64,000 nucleotides of DNA from Marsupella aquatica (GCA_973895155.1 OZ316898.1:18051192-18115191), one strand, 5' to 3'. Shown: positions 24,810 to 38,266, counted from the first letter of the stretch. Translations and numbers: made by a program. Notes: generated by a model not told the origin, from the letters alone.

Positions 24810-27012
24810 CACTAGAAGAACACCCGAGCTCAAGAGGGTGCATCTGAATCCTCCAAGCATGTAAGTTATATGAGTTCTGATTGGTAATTGAATGACCTGC
24901 ATTGAATTTCAGGTGTACACTGTATATAACATTGATTGTGCATATATTGCCCAACATTTCATATGGAGTGATTGAACCTATACCCCTGTGTCATGTAGGG
25001 AGGTGGATCTTCACTTACAGAGATAAGTGGTCGTTTTAAGGCTGTCGAAACATGTCTTCCAGAGATCAATGAACATTTGAATTCATTGACTGACTTGTTC
25101 CATGTGAACTTCAAGACATTAATGGAAGTTGTTATGTCGGTGAGAGATAAAATTGATTCCAATTCTGCAGGAGTTCCACCATCACCACTTGAGGTGGCAA
25201 AGTCGATGCACTCTTCTGGCATGCCAACGACATCTAGGCTTGAAGGTAAGGCCTTTACAACTGTGTGGGATATGATTATTAAACGTATAGTTTGAATTGA
25301 CATTGTTTGTTGAATGTGTAATTTTCAGTAACATATATTGTGGTTGTTGTGTCCATAGAGAATAAGACAGGTGCTGCAGAGAAGAAGTATGAGAACCTGG
25401 CAAAGACTCGCTGTAATTTAGAGGCAACAAAGTTGGAGTCTGTACATGCAACTTGTTTGACAGAGGGCAGTCAACCATGTTTGGATGAGGATGACATTGG
25501 CAAGGGAGTGGATGATATCAATGTTGGGGCAAATGAGGATGTTAGCAACCATGACAATGATACCATTGAGCCAGATTCATGCTATGTAGATCTTGACTCC
25601 ATTGCAGAGATAAATGATTTGCAAAATGTATCATTCTCAATGACAGGTGTGCCTCTTGTTGAGATAAATTCAACCAAAGAGTTAGTTGGTATGACACTCC
25701 CAGGTGAGGAACCTGCTACTGTGACAGTCCTAACAGAGGAACCTATTGAGCCTAGCTTCACTACTATGAAGAGAGGAAGCATGCGCACACGAAGCAAGTC
25801 TGCTGGTGGGAGCAGAGCCACGTCAAAGGTTTCATACAAACCTCCAAGAACGGTGCTGGAAGAAAGATCTAAGGTGGAAGTGGGGAAAGCACCTAATGCT
25901 AAGGGACAAAGTGGCTTGTTAGCTGTTGATGAGAGTGGAACACGAGTAGCTGTTGATGAGAGTGCAGGTTGGTTCTACAACGTTCCATGGCAAGAGGATT
26001 CCCCCAGGTTATTCAGTAGTGTTAGTCACATTACTAGTGAAACCTAAAGCTGTCCTTCCCATTCCAAACACAAATGATGATCCTCCTCAGAAGACACTTG
26101 GAGATGCTGCAGGTTCTTTGGTATTATGGCCAAGCAAGTTCATAGAGGATCCATAACAATGTCATGTCATTATTTGTTTGTAGTGTGAGTCATGTTATGT
26201 ACATTTTAGATCTCAAGAAGCAGTACAAGAATCATGTCCTCTTGGAGATTCATAGTATCATGCATGTGCTTTCAGTTATCTCATCCTGTAGTCATCAGTT
26301 ATGAGTTCCTATTTTGTCTGAATTACATTGATCACATTGTAAACTATTCCATTGAAATTCAAATGATCTTCATTTTTTAGCAAGATTATGATTCTGTTTA
26401 ATTCTTATGAATGTTTTATGTAGGATCTGCTTATATGATGCTTTGTTTCATGTGGATGTCATTCATGCTATGTTCATTTCTTGTAATCAATGTGTTATAT
26501 TTCTAAAGTTAGAACATCAGTGTTTCTATGTATTAAAATGTGGAGTGCTCTCTCTCCTTATGAACTGTCCCTTTGTGTTCATTAGTCATGGTTACAACTT
26601 GCATGTGAACCTTATTAGTTATAAATATGAGTATATAGAGTCCCAAATGGTTCTGTTGTGTGACACCGGCCAGGGTCCCCATTGGTCTATCTTGTGACAC
26701 TAAATGGTCGCAAGCTAGTCGTTGTTGAATGCGAGTAAGTCATGTATGTGACTTACCATGTGACTCGTTAAAGTCATATTGCAGTCACGTAGAAACAAGG
26801 CTAGACTCCACAATAAAGTCACAGATCAGTCACAAATGGGTATCAAGCAAGTTGCAAAGCCCAGTATCAATAGTGACTTCCATTTTTTGGTCTCAACTTT
26901 TGCAACTCCAAGGGTCACAGCGTGGGTCACGTCACGTTGAGTCACAATGAAGTCACATGAGCCAAAATGAGTCACATATTGCGGTCTCAGTTCACCTCGG
27001 ATTCTTCTAGTG
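24810..27012 (+). mobile_element. CACTA (En/Spm) deletion derivative with a TnpA/Tnp1-like ORF relic
   Basis: Termini CACTAGAAGAA at 24810 and TTCTTCTAGTG ending at 27012; 3-bp flanks aaa/caa; gtcac/gtgac subterminal repeats at 26660-26990; frameshifted coding relic 25077-26156 ending in the En/Spm-associated motif FHGKRIPPGYSVVLV...AVLPIP...TLGDAAGSLVLWP. Confidence 0.85.
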
Positions 27013-27213
27013 CAACATCTATGATTCAAAGTAGTTTAGGACTCTGGGGCTTTGAACCTTGACTACCCCGGCCCTAGGGTTCAGAAATGCCCAAAGTTGA
27101 AGTTTTGGGTTAAAGGGTCACGAACACAAAAATGTAAGTACCCAAAACCCTCCCAAAACACTCCCTTCAATTTTGGAACCGTTTTCACGCTGATGACTTT
27201 ATAACTTTTCAAG

Positions 27214-27690
27214 GCTTTCATAAATGGTGTAAAATGTGAAATTATAATATCTCAAAGGGGCAGATTTATTCTCCAAAATTAAGTTTTTAAGAATAATAAG
27301 AGAATTTTTTATAGGCTCCCAAAAATAATAAGGGGTACTAGGGAGGGGGATGTACGCACGTAACCTCTTTAGTTTACAAAGGCTGGGGGCCCAGGGCGTG
27401 CAAGTTATGGTAAAGACCAGTTGCTGATGCTATTGTCAATGTGCAGGAGGCATTACTGCTAAGGCGGGCTGTTGTGGAAGGTAGCATTTCTTCATCCCCA
27501 CGTGTGTACCTACTTTCTATCATGGTATATCTCTAATGAATGATTGTACCACGCACGCAAAGGTTTATAAGGTTTGAAGGCCTTTGTCAATGGTGTGACG
27601 TGTGGATTTATGACTTCTCCAAGACGCAAATTTATTCTCTAAAACTAACTAAGTTTTTAAGAATAACTAGAGAAATATTTATTGGCTCCC
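27214..27690. repeat. Diverged ~110-bp direct repeat pair (27214-27320 and 27584-27690)
   Basis: aatggtgt...atttattctc...aagtttttaagaataa...ggctccc occurs twice. Confidence 0.7.
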
Positions 27691-28619
27691 AATCCCTGGA
27701 CCCTCACTAAGGGAAATGTAATGAGACATACTTGTGACCGAAGGCCCCCCAGGTTATATTTTGGAAGAACATTAAAATGTATCTTGTTCGTTCTAAAAAG
27801 AATTTTCAGTCCTATATAAAATTTACCTATGTTATTATAATCAGATAGATTTGAGGATTTAAAACACCCTTCATTTGTTATAAAACAAATCTTTTGGGAA
27901 GAGATTCAATCATGAATGCACATTTTATTTAATGTACCATAATTAAGTGGCAAGTATACTAAACAAACACATTGCCATATAATATTTGGCAATGTGTGAA
28001 AGCCATTGGGGCTTTAGCACACAAACATCTAATTTAAACTACATACGGGACTACATATATCAAAGTTCTCCAGAAGATTCCAACAAAATCCCACTACAAG
28101 ACATGCATTAGAGGTGACATTGCACTTAACAAGCCAAATAAGTTATCCACTACTCCCCTCTGTAAAATGCCAAACATCTTACTGGGCCATAGATTCTTAA
28201 TGTTGCTCCATACATATGGGATCCAGGGAGCATTCACTTCTGAAAACTGAGAGCAAATATTACAAATACTGGAATCACCACACTCAACACAAACCCATTG
28301 GGCTTCACTATTGTCCTTCTTGAAATTAGAACTCCCTAATCCACTGGTGTGATGACACGTAGTCCAATGAATAAGTGACGGGTGTCATTAGGTATTACCA
28401 TGGCCCTTCAGTTCATTAACTTTGGTACACATTTTAAAAAACCCTTCACCTCTTCTAATCGGTTGCAAATATAAACAAGGACCTTGTTGCTTAGAACGGT
28501 GTTATATTATTATTCACGGATTTGATATTTAATACCCATCGGACGTTTGCATGTATGTTTTGTTATTTTGTAAGCTGAGGGCCCAGGGATCCCAATGCAA
28601 AAGTAGGAGGGGTATTTGG

Positions 28620-28750
28620 GATGTTAGATATTGCTCTAGTCTTGTGACTCGTGCGCTAACCACAATTAGGCTAACTCGGGTTAGGACTTAGCTAATGTTA
28701 GCGGTAGTGTTGTTGTGTATTAAGCCAGGGCAATGCCAGACCCTGGTGGA
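28620..28750 (+). repeat. Dispersed repeat, with an inverted copy at ~42304-42432
   Basis: tattgctctagtcttgtgactc...aattaggctaactc(g/a)ggttaggacttagct...ccctggtgga matches the reverse complement of 42304-42432. Confidence 0.75.
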
Positions 28751-29807
28751 ACTTAGGCTCATTGTTACGGAGCTAATTGAGAGATAGGGAGAGCTTGTGC
28801 TGTGGATGCTTGGTATGGCCGGTCGGCCTAGAGTGCAGTCCCTGGGCCCTCACTCCATGTAAAAGAAGTGGACCCCCTACGATCAGGCCCTTTTCGTGTT
28901 TACCCCTTTTTATTTCTATTTTACTATTAAATTTCCCTTATTACCGGTAATAATTATAATTATTAGTTCAAAATTAATAAAAACTACCCTTCAAGCATTC
29001 GCATGTCCTCCACGTATTAGTTAAGACTGAGGGCCCAGGGAGTGCAGTAAAGCTCTTGTGTGTTCCCGTGGATATAGCCTCATGTGGAGGTGAACCACAT
29101 ATCTCTTTGTGTCGACTCTTGTGCGTTGGATGGTTCATGGGCTTGCAGTTGCGAATGTCGTCTATGCTCAACATGGGAGGGGGGTGTACACATACAGTAT
29201 ACGCCTTTAGTTTACAAAGGCTGGGGACCTAGGGCCTTACTCTAGATACAGGAAAAGTATGTCAGGAAGAAGATGTTGTTTAGAAATTGAAGGTTGTTGA
29301 AAAGAAGGCAGCGTGCTTTGGCAACAAGATGATGGCTGGAGTAAAAGTATTTCCCCTCCAGATTCCCCATAGTGCTCAGTGATCAGCAAGGATGTAGACT
29401 TCTTGGAGTAGACATAGCTTCATACCTTGGAAGACCGCTTCTCACTGTGGCACTTGTATCACTTTCCATAAAGCATAAATGCCTAGCATCCTAACATTGT
29501 TTCTATTTAATGTAATCAATTTATGCCTCCTCAAATTGACCTCAATTCTCACTTCCCAAAGAACAAAAAGTGTCAAAGCATGAGACAAATTCAAATATCA
29601 TAGTAGGGTGTCTCAAAGCATTATAGTTGCAGATGACGGTTTTTGGCCATAAACAAAAGGTCATAGCTTTTCACAGGGTAGTGTAAAGGGTTATTGTTTT
29701 TAGTAGCCTGTACAGTGACTTTTGCTACCATGACCAATCCTTATTGCCAAAAGTTATGAATCACAAATTTGGTAGTCCGTAACTTTTTCTTAACTACTAA
29801 GTCAAGG

Positions 29808-32163
29808 GAGGGATATGCTTGGTAGACCCCCTACCAATAAAACTTTATTTGATCAGCCCCCAAAAAAAATTTGTCCTCATCAACCCCATCTTGATGAGTC
29901 ATACACTCTATTCTTCTATAAGGCAAAAGTGCACAGGTCCCTACCATGCCTTACCTTGTCACCGCAACAGTTGCCTCATGTGCTTGACCATGTCTCTCTG
30001 TATGCAATGGGGCCACAGTTTCCTGTTGTCGCACTAACTCAATTTCCTAGTTAGGATTTGAAGACAGTATATTATGTCTTCAAATCAATAAGTCTGCACA
30101 CAGTGCGCTGTGGAGTGCCAGTGTCACTTTTACTTGTGGGCCCGGGGTCCTCAATTCTTTTCTTCCAACCCATCACCCCGCCCATCACTCGCAAGTAAGT
30201 ATAGGGTTTTATTGCGTTTGGTGAAAGACTTTTAAATTTTTGTTAGAGAGCATTAGCGTTGTTTTAATCCAGTTTGGATAATTATAAGCATCATAGGGTT
30301 TTTAGAAACCAAATTTGAGAATATTCCAAGAATATTCCATTAAGTTAGGGAAAAAACTCCTCAAAAAAACTTGTTGACTTAAGTTTTAGGGTGTTTATTC
30401 CCCCAAAACTTCACACGTGATATAGGACACACCTTGGATTGAGGCCCCTGAGCTTGTGGGTTCTAGGCGTTGTTCTCTCATGGGTTTAGGCAAGCACAAT
30501 TATTTAGTCGGGTTGGGCAAAGGCGATGACAATTTCAGGAGGGCACGTAATCAGTAGTATTTAGGTTTGAAGCAAGACTGTACCCCGAGTATAAACTAGC
30601 AAGCCATGTGGGAAGGACTCTTTTCTGAGAATTTTAATGTTTATGTTTATGGTGAGTCTTATGTCCCTTATGCCTTTTGAGATATGTCATAATTTAGTCA
30701 CGGAAATGCAAAAGCGTGTATTATTAACAATAACCATTCTCCCCAGGCCACAATAATGTTTATGGTTTAAGGTTCATGGTTGGAATCAAATAAATTGAGT
30801 GTAATTAAATTGGCAGTGTTTATTGCCACAAGCATGTCATTACCTTTAAATATTTCTGATCATGATTCAATCTTGCTTAATATGAATGCAAGGAGAACCA
30901 GGCTATCAACTACTAACAAAATCCAATTACAGGGAAAATGCCAAAGAGTAAATCAGATATGAACAAATAAAAAACCTTGTTTCAGTTGATATGAAGGTGT
31001 AAGATACTAGTGTCTCCATGTAAAGTAATGCATGACTACATCTGCTTTTTGCATTTGTCCAAAGCCCAAAGACCACCCATACCCAACTCTTGCATTACAA
31101 AACTAGCTGGTCAAATTTTTATGGGGGATATTCTCTGTCATTAAATGTAAATTGCATATACATAAGAACCTTCAGTTTTGAGGTAGTCGTAAGGTTTGGG
31201 AAGTCCCTAGGCTCCACGCCATTCACCGATTTAAGGGCCCACCAATTGACAGGTAAGATCAGTAAATTGCAAGCGAAACACAAGGATTTATGGGTTTAGG
31301 GTTAAAAATACCGTAAACAATTCAACAAGGCAATATGAACATTGTCTTTATGGGCTTCTTTTTTTAAGAGAGAGTACCAGTCCTTTTGCTCACCAATGCC
31401 ATGCAGAATGGTAGAGACTGGTGGTTTTCAAAGACATTGTGAAGATTGTCTTTAGATAACACTTAGTATTTTCTCATATAGCAAGTCAGAGTATTTTTTG
31501 CTAACCCATGCCGTTTGGGCCAGGGTAAATGGTCAACACTGGTGGTTTTTGAAGACATTGTGGACAATATCTTCAAATGGCACTTAGCATTTTTTCAGCA
31601 AAGTAGCTTGTGCTCACCCATGCCACTTGGGCAGACTAGGGGTGAATGGCTGACAGTGGTGGGTTTAATTGGAAAATATTGTGGACATATTGTGAATCAA
31701 TTCACACTTAGCATTTATTTCAGCAATACTTAGTAGTTTTTGCAAAAAGGGGCCACAAAATGATCTATTGAAAGGAAATTGTCAAAGCAAGAAATGATGT
31801 TCATGTGAATTTTTCAAAACAAGCAATGATCTTCATGTGAATGTCTTCACTAATCTTGTCGATTGGGCACTGCGGAACTGAGGCACCTGTCTTAAGAACC
31901 ACAGCAATGACGAGCTCCCATTCAAGGCCTGTGGTTTGACCTTTGTGCAGTCACATCACAATTGGGCAAAGCTCATAGTCAGGGCCACTAGTCACAGTCT
32001 ATTGACCAAGTGTGGTCCTAGTATGCCTGAATCTTCATTAAGGAGATCATCTGCAAGAACATCTTGTAAGGCTCATTAAGAGGGGATTGATCAGAGAAAA
32101 AAGTAGAGAGGGGGGCTGATCAAGCAAAGTTTTCCTGTTTGGGGTCCACCAAGCATATCCCTC
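29808..32163. mobile_element. Non-autonomous Mutator-like element (MULE)
   Basis: TIRs GAGGGATATGCTTGGT(A/G)GACCCC...TTTGATCAGCCCCC; perfect 9-bp TSD aagtcaagg at 29799-29807 and 32164-32172. Confidence 0.9.
30141..30452 (+). mobile_element. MITE (8-bp TSD family, subfamily B), nested inside the MULE
   Basis: Perfect TSD cttgtggg (30133-30140 and 30453-30460); termini cccggggtcctca / tgaggcccctgag; internal homology to 52153-52456 and 62991-63250. Confidence 0.8.
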
Positions 32164-32550
32164 AAGTCAAGGTCCATCAAATTTTGAGTTTTGACACTTC
32201 CTAGTAGACTCATTAGCCAGTTTTGTTGGCTCATTAAGAGGGGATGATCAGGGCAAAAAGTACAGAGGGGGCTGATCAAGCAAAGTGTTTTTTTTTCTGT
32301 TGGGGGGTCCACCAAGCATACCCTCAAGTCAAGGTCCATCAAATTTTGAGTTTTGAAACTTCCTAGTAGACTCATTAGCCAGTTTTGTTGGCTCATTAAG
32401 AGGGGATGATCATGGAAAAAAGTAGAGAGGGGGCTGATAAAGAAAAGTTTTTTGTGTGTTGGGGGTCCACCAAGCATACCCTCAAGTCAAGGTCCATCAA
32501 ATTCTGAGTTTTGAAACTTCCTAGTAGACGCATTAGCCAGTTCTGTTTGG
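32071..32550. repeat. Three tandem ~160-bp units, each made of the MULE right TIR, the TSD and flanking DNA
   Basis: Units start gctcattaagagggga at 32071, 32229 and 32391; each contains ...ccaagcata(t)ccctc-aagtcaagg-tccatcaaatt. Confidence 0.9.
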
Positions 32551-34925
32551 TCTCCTGTAGAGATCATTATCAACCTCTTGCGATATGGAGGACCCAGTCA
32601 GGGGTCAACTTACTGCTCTTCAGGAATGGACAATTACAGTATTTGCTCTCAATGGACTCCACCACACACTCATTGCACTTGATTATCTACTCTGGAAGTG
32701 GATCCGCCAGCATGGCCACGAGCACAGTGTCTCGATAGGAGGCTCATAACTTGATTGCTTTCCAGTGATGAATTCTGACGAAATCAAAGGATGGATTGAC
32801 CTACTGTTCCCGGGACTGTTCCATCCACATCTATTCAAAACTTGATTGCTTAGTTTTCCAGTGATAGATTGTGAAGAAATCGAAGGATTGATTGACCTGC
32901 AATTCCACACCCATCTGCTTCTCGAACACTGTCTCGGTGTATGGCTACAGTGGTCTGTTGGCTGTAAGCTCCGTCAAGTCAAGTTGGTGCTCCCTGGGCT
33001 TACCTTGATTATAATTTCCTACGAGGGCTGGTCGAGGTTCCATTGGATGCCAAGGTTAAAAGGAACATCCTCTTCTCAAGCAACTTATTAGACTTCGCAT
33101 CCTGAACTTTCAAAATTGATTGCCAACTTTTGTACCAGGTAAAGTACTCGGCAAGAAACTCTATGCTTAGATGAGAAGACTTTGTCGACTTCGAAAGCAG
33201 AATGTGCCCATAACGTCTCTGATTAAAATTTTATTTGCGGGCCTCTGAGAAACAGTTGCCAGGATCCATGAAATTCTGTTCAGGGAAATATTCCCATAGA
33301 GTTGAAAAGGAAATTTGGCCGTTCACCGACCTGCTGTAGCCAATCGGGAGAGAATCTCTTACCATTGCCCAAGTGGCCAAACGAGAAGAATAACATCTTC
33401 AATTACATATTTTTCCCAAACCGTTGGAGAAACAAATGCTGGGGGGTCCACGAATTCTGTACAGGAAGGAAACTTCCTAGTGTGAAACTCCACGTTGAGC
33501 AGCAAAAGAGGAAATCTATTGTAATACTCTATTGCACTGGTCTCTTCTCCATCTCCCTCCTCATCCGGAGCGTTTTAGACTTCAAGATGTATTTTCAGAA
33601 ATCCAAAGAAAGAACTATCCATTCACTTCATACTGTTTCGTTCATTCAGTTGTAATCCAAAACAAATTCGTCCATTGATTCTCACAAACCCAAAATACAA
33701 AGAAAAATCCATCGACTCTGAAGAATTCAACGGAATTTGCCCATCGTAAGAATTGCTCCCGCAATGGGAGAGACCGAGGCAGTCAAAAGACAATGGAGAG
33801 TGGAAACTCGAGCATCATTGTATCTCCGAACCCATTATGCGAATACAGAGCAGCAATCCCGGTTGCGGATACCAACAATCGGCATTGAAGAGGCAAACAC
33901 TTTATTAATGAACAATAATCTTTTCTTCGAGCAAACGGTCGTTTGCATGTACTGCATGATATCTATCAGTATCACAAGCATAGTTACACAGGAGAAGTGA
34001 AACACCAGCTCATTACACGAGAGGACGGGAAATTAGGATCACTTGCTGGAGGCGGTTGCACACACCCCAGCAAAGCTTCAAATGTACGAATCAGATGGAG
34101 GTTGTGTGTAGTAGTTGTAATCGAGGAAGGATGAGCGCTCCTTGAAGAACGAAAAAGCTCTATCCATCTGCTGAAAAGCTCCCTACTTTCTCACGAAACA
34201 TATACTAGCCGCATGCCACACGAAAGGGCTAGCTAGCCACCACACCACTAAAGTTCATTTAGCTATCTACGAGTATGTCCAACAGCTATGGAGTATTTCT
34301 TGGACCAACTTGTGGTGAGCCCCTATTCAAATCTGGCTCACCAATACTTTCCCCTAATTGTACTACTGCTGTAGAGAAGAGGCAAATTCTGTGCTTGAGA
34401 AGAATGACGTAGATCGGTGAATGGCCTCAAAGCAAAGTGGTAATATTTGTTAAATTTACGCTTCCTCAGGGGTTGAAGCGACCGGTACCGTCTTGGGGCC
34501 CCCTGGATGAATTCCTGTAACCCAAAGTGCAACAGCTGGGTAAATCACCATATCTCTACAAAAACCCTACATATTGACCAAAGAAATTGGAAGATGTTGC
34601 TGGGTTGGGAAATAAACAGCGACCCATGTTTGCCAGAGGACATGAGAGCACATTCCGCTTCATACTACAGAAATTTACTCGCGTGCGCGGCAAACGCTTC
34701 TCGACTATGTTATATCAATTATCAAATCGGCACTTGAGGATAATGGCATTGATCAATAAGAGCGCGATATTACACCCTACATTTAAGTGGACCTCTTGAA
34801 CTGGTGATGAGCGGCCCAGCAGATGAGCGGCCCAGCAGTCTATTTCGAATGGAAAAACCTCTAAAAGTTCAAATCTAGAAAATATCTGTGCCAGGTCTAC
34901 TTCAAATAACGAGAAGCCAAAAGAA

Positions 34926-37627
34926 TCAAAGTCGGACTGGAAGCGAAGTCTTGGTACCTGCTCCGACGTTCTGAAGCTGTGTGCCTCGGTTGGTATCATC
35001 CGACCAGCCGCCACCACCATGCTTGGACACATCAAACCGCTCACCATCACCCCACAACGCGTAGGCCTCCTCTCCATGCGCGGCATCATCTCCAATCAAC
35101 AGGTGCTCTTCTGACATTCGCAGCGGCACAAAGATCTTGATAACTAAGCAGACGATCGATGTCGCTACAATGTTCCACCCGATGATGAACAATGCACCAC
35201 AAAGCTGCTTTGCAATCTGCAATCCTCCTCTTCGATGTCCGTAAATTGCCCCGCGCTCGTTGACGATCGACAGAAACAAATTAGACACGGTTGGTTGTGC
35301 AAAAAAACCAGCACACATTCCGCCCAGGGTCCCAGCCACTGCGTGAGTGTGGAAGACGCCCAATGTGTCATCGACGCTTTGAAGAATCTTCGATCTCCTG
35401 TGAAGGATCATCATCGTGAACCACGGGATACTTCCAGAGAGGATTCCCTCAACAATTGCTGCCCATCCCTGGATGACACCTGCGAATCGATCGGTACCAA
35501 ACGTCCTGTTATGTCAGATTTTGACCAACCGGATCTGTTGGCAAACCCACCCGGAAGAGAAATTGAAATTCCTAGAACTATGACCCGGTGATAGCTCGTC
35601 AGGTCCTTCCTCCTCGTTGCAGGTGGCGTTGTGACCTGACAAAAGTAATCGGCATTTCTAGACTTACAAACTGCAACTGTTTCACAAGGAGTAGCGGGAC
35701 GCATAGAAATCAAGTGAGGGTGGACGAAACAGAATTACCCGGTCAAAACGATTGACCAAGGCACAGTGCTATGTGCGACAAGTAGAGACAGAACAAATGA
35801 ACAGTAGTAGGAGAATGTCTTTCGGGCGCACTTTACGCAGTAGAAAGCAGAGGAAAGCGCGAAAACGTAGTAATTCTCTTACCAAAGGAGCATAGTCCTG
35901 AGTAAACTCCCGAAAATTCACACAGATGGGAATGACGCGTATCTCTAGAAGGAGAACACGCAAGAGTTGGAATGCACAAAGAAACCAAAAATGGAAGGTT
36001 TTGATGGATCTATACTACACTGTCAAAGAACAAAAAGCAGAACAAAAAGCTCCAAAGAGTTAGGGAGACGCGATCCCAAACCCGGCAAACGGGTAAGGCA
36101 ACAAAAATACCCCATGGGGGCGAACCAAATAAGCCCCGAGTCCCCAGCAACACGAAAGAACTAAAACAGTACTGAGAAGCAAACTGACAAGATTTCTTGG
36201 CTCTAGTAGCAAGGAACCCGACTCATATCCTCATAAAAACTGTTCTTTAGCCAGAATCCATTCTGTATAGACGCTACAAGCAAGCAGAAGACCAGCAGGA
36301 ACACTTCCAGGCCACTCAAATATGGAAAACATAGCTCGACTTCGGTGAGATTCGAGTACCTGCGCCGGGAGTGATAACCACCAAACCCGTGATCATACCC
36401 TGGACGGCTCCAATCACGGAGGGCTTTCCGAAGAATATGACATCGAGACTAGTCCAGACGAGCATACTGGTAGCTGCGGCGATGTTCGTATTGAGAACGG
36501 CCAAGGATGCGTCAATGTTGGCAGAGTAAGGATCTCCTCCATTGAATCCAGCCCAACCCAACCAAAGAAGCCCTGCCCCAGCGAGAACAAGGATGACATT
36601 GTTGGGAGCGAACGACTCTCGATCACGTGGCACTCGAGGACCCACCTGCATTAAGCATCCATCAAACCAAGGCCGCCACTGAAATCAGTCCTTCTGAAGT
36701 GACAAAGTATTCAGATATTCCCTCGGCCACCCCTTGTATGCTTTTTACTTCCAGGTCCAATTGACAGAACTGCTATCCGAAAACCAATTGACAGCGGTCG
36801 GAAAGGTGATTGATTCACCAGCGGAAGACATGAGATTGAACCATTCAGGCAGGGCACTTCAACTCTTCAGCTCAACATGTTTGAATATCTATAGATGTGC
36901 GAGCACTGGACAGAAGTGAATAAATGATAAAATTCATTTGTAAAAGAACGAGGTACAATAAGTGATTATGTCTTACCCAGAAAGCAGCAACAAAGCTAGC
37001 TATGCCCGCGGATAAATGAATGACATAACCTCCAGAGTAATCGATCACTCCCCATTGAAAGAGGAAACCTCCACCCCAGATACTAAAAGCACCAACGGTG
37101 TAGGAGAAAGTGAGCCAGAGAGGGACGAACAGCATCCAGGCGACGAAATTCATCCTGCCCAAAAGGGCGCCTGCAATGAGAACGAGAGTAATCGCTGCAA
37201 ACACGAACTGAAAGTACACCATGGTTGCCTGTGGATATGCCAACGCCAGCCTTTGGTAATCTTTCGTCCCTGAGGAGTACAGAATGGCTTGATGCAGTAA
37301 ATCCTGTTGGTCGAGGGACGGTCCAGCTTTGCCCCAGAGAGCAAATAGCTTATGGCCAAAAGACATCTTGTAAGCCCACGACACCCAACAAAGGAGCACG
37401 GCTGCGAAGGCGTAGAATGCCATGAAAGCCGAATTGACGGCCCACTTCTTCTTCACAATACTGCCGTATAAGATCACCAGCCCGGGCACACTCTGGAGTC
37501 CGACGAGAGTGGCCGATACCATCTGCCATGCGTTGTCACCTTTATTGAGCCAGTCCGGTGTAGAGGATCCCTCACCCCCACTTTGGTATCCAGTGGGTAC
37601 AGTAACAACAGGTGCTGCGGCGGCCAT
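34926..37627 (-). CDS. AMT2: Ammonium transporter, AMT2 (MEP-type) family, ~496 aa
   Basis: Exons 37627-36977, 36645-36360 and 35479-34926 join in phase (FW|VGPR; PGAG|VIQGW). Motifs: [33 protein letters not shown] (His1), [25 protein letters not shown] (His2), [18 protein letters not shown]. Confidence 0.97.
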
Positions 37628-37741
37628 AACTCACTACTGTGTGTGAACGATACAGCAGCGGGCGCAAACTTGATCAGCCCAGAATTTTCTTCAAGTTAAT
37701 TAGCTAGTGAAAGATCAGCAGCGAGACCCAGCAGAATTGAC

Positions 37742-38266
37742 CTGCATCAGGTTTCTTTTCATGTCAGCGGCTGGTTCTCCCCAACCTGCATTTGCACAAG
37801 CGATCCACCGGGGCACCTGTCAGGAGGGAATTTTCATAGACCTTCCCGAACACACATGCCTCCTACAAACCACGCATTCGTGAGCACAGTAGCCCTTCAT
37901 TCTACTCCACATTCACCGACTTAAGATAAATTAGATTGTCAAATTGTCGAAGCCTGACAACGAAGCTGGATGCGCAGCAGAAATCAACCACAATGCAAAC
38001 GTGAAAGCGAGAGGAACCCACAAAGTGCGAATAAAGAGTAAAAGAAAACAGGGAGGTCAACGTTCAACGCGAGTCGTTGAGTTGCGTCGTCTCCTCAGCC
38101 TGCCGGTAATCCACAGAAGAGCTTTCTTTGGGCGCGGACATATTTCAGTCTCACGTACTCAACTCCCGACTCAACTCGAAGCCCTCACGAGCTCGTCGAC
38201 GGAGCGAGTATGTGCGTGTGTGTGACGGTTTAAGTGATTGTGAGATACAACGTAAGGCAGGCTCAC
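37742..38266 (-). other. Possible 5'-UTR intron of AMT2
   Basis: Minus-strand donor TG|GTGAGC at 38266 and acceptor TGATGCAG| at 37742; no transcript evidence. Confidence 0.35.

Noticed and set aside
32091-32477. 128-aa repetitive ORF
   Set aside because: A by-product of the ~160-bp tandem TIR repeat.
32550-34330. Possible small gene downstream of AMT2 (ORFs 32683-32910, 33302-33655, 33737-34000)
   Set aside because: No domain and no consistent exon chain; only a short internal duplication at ~32750-32900.
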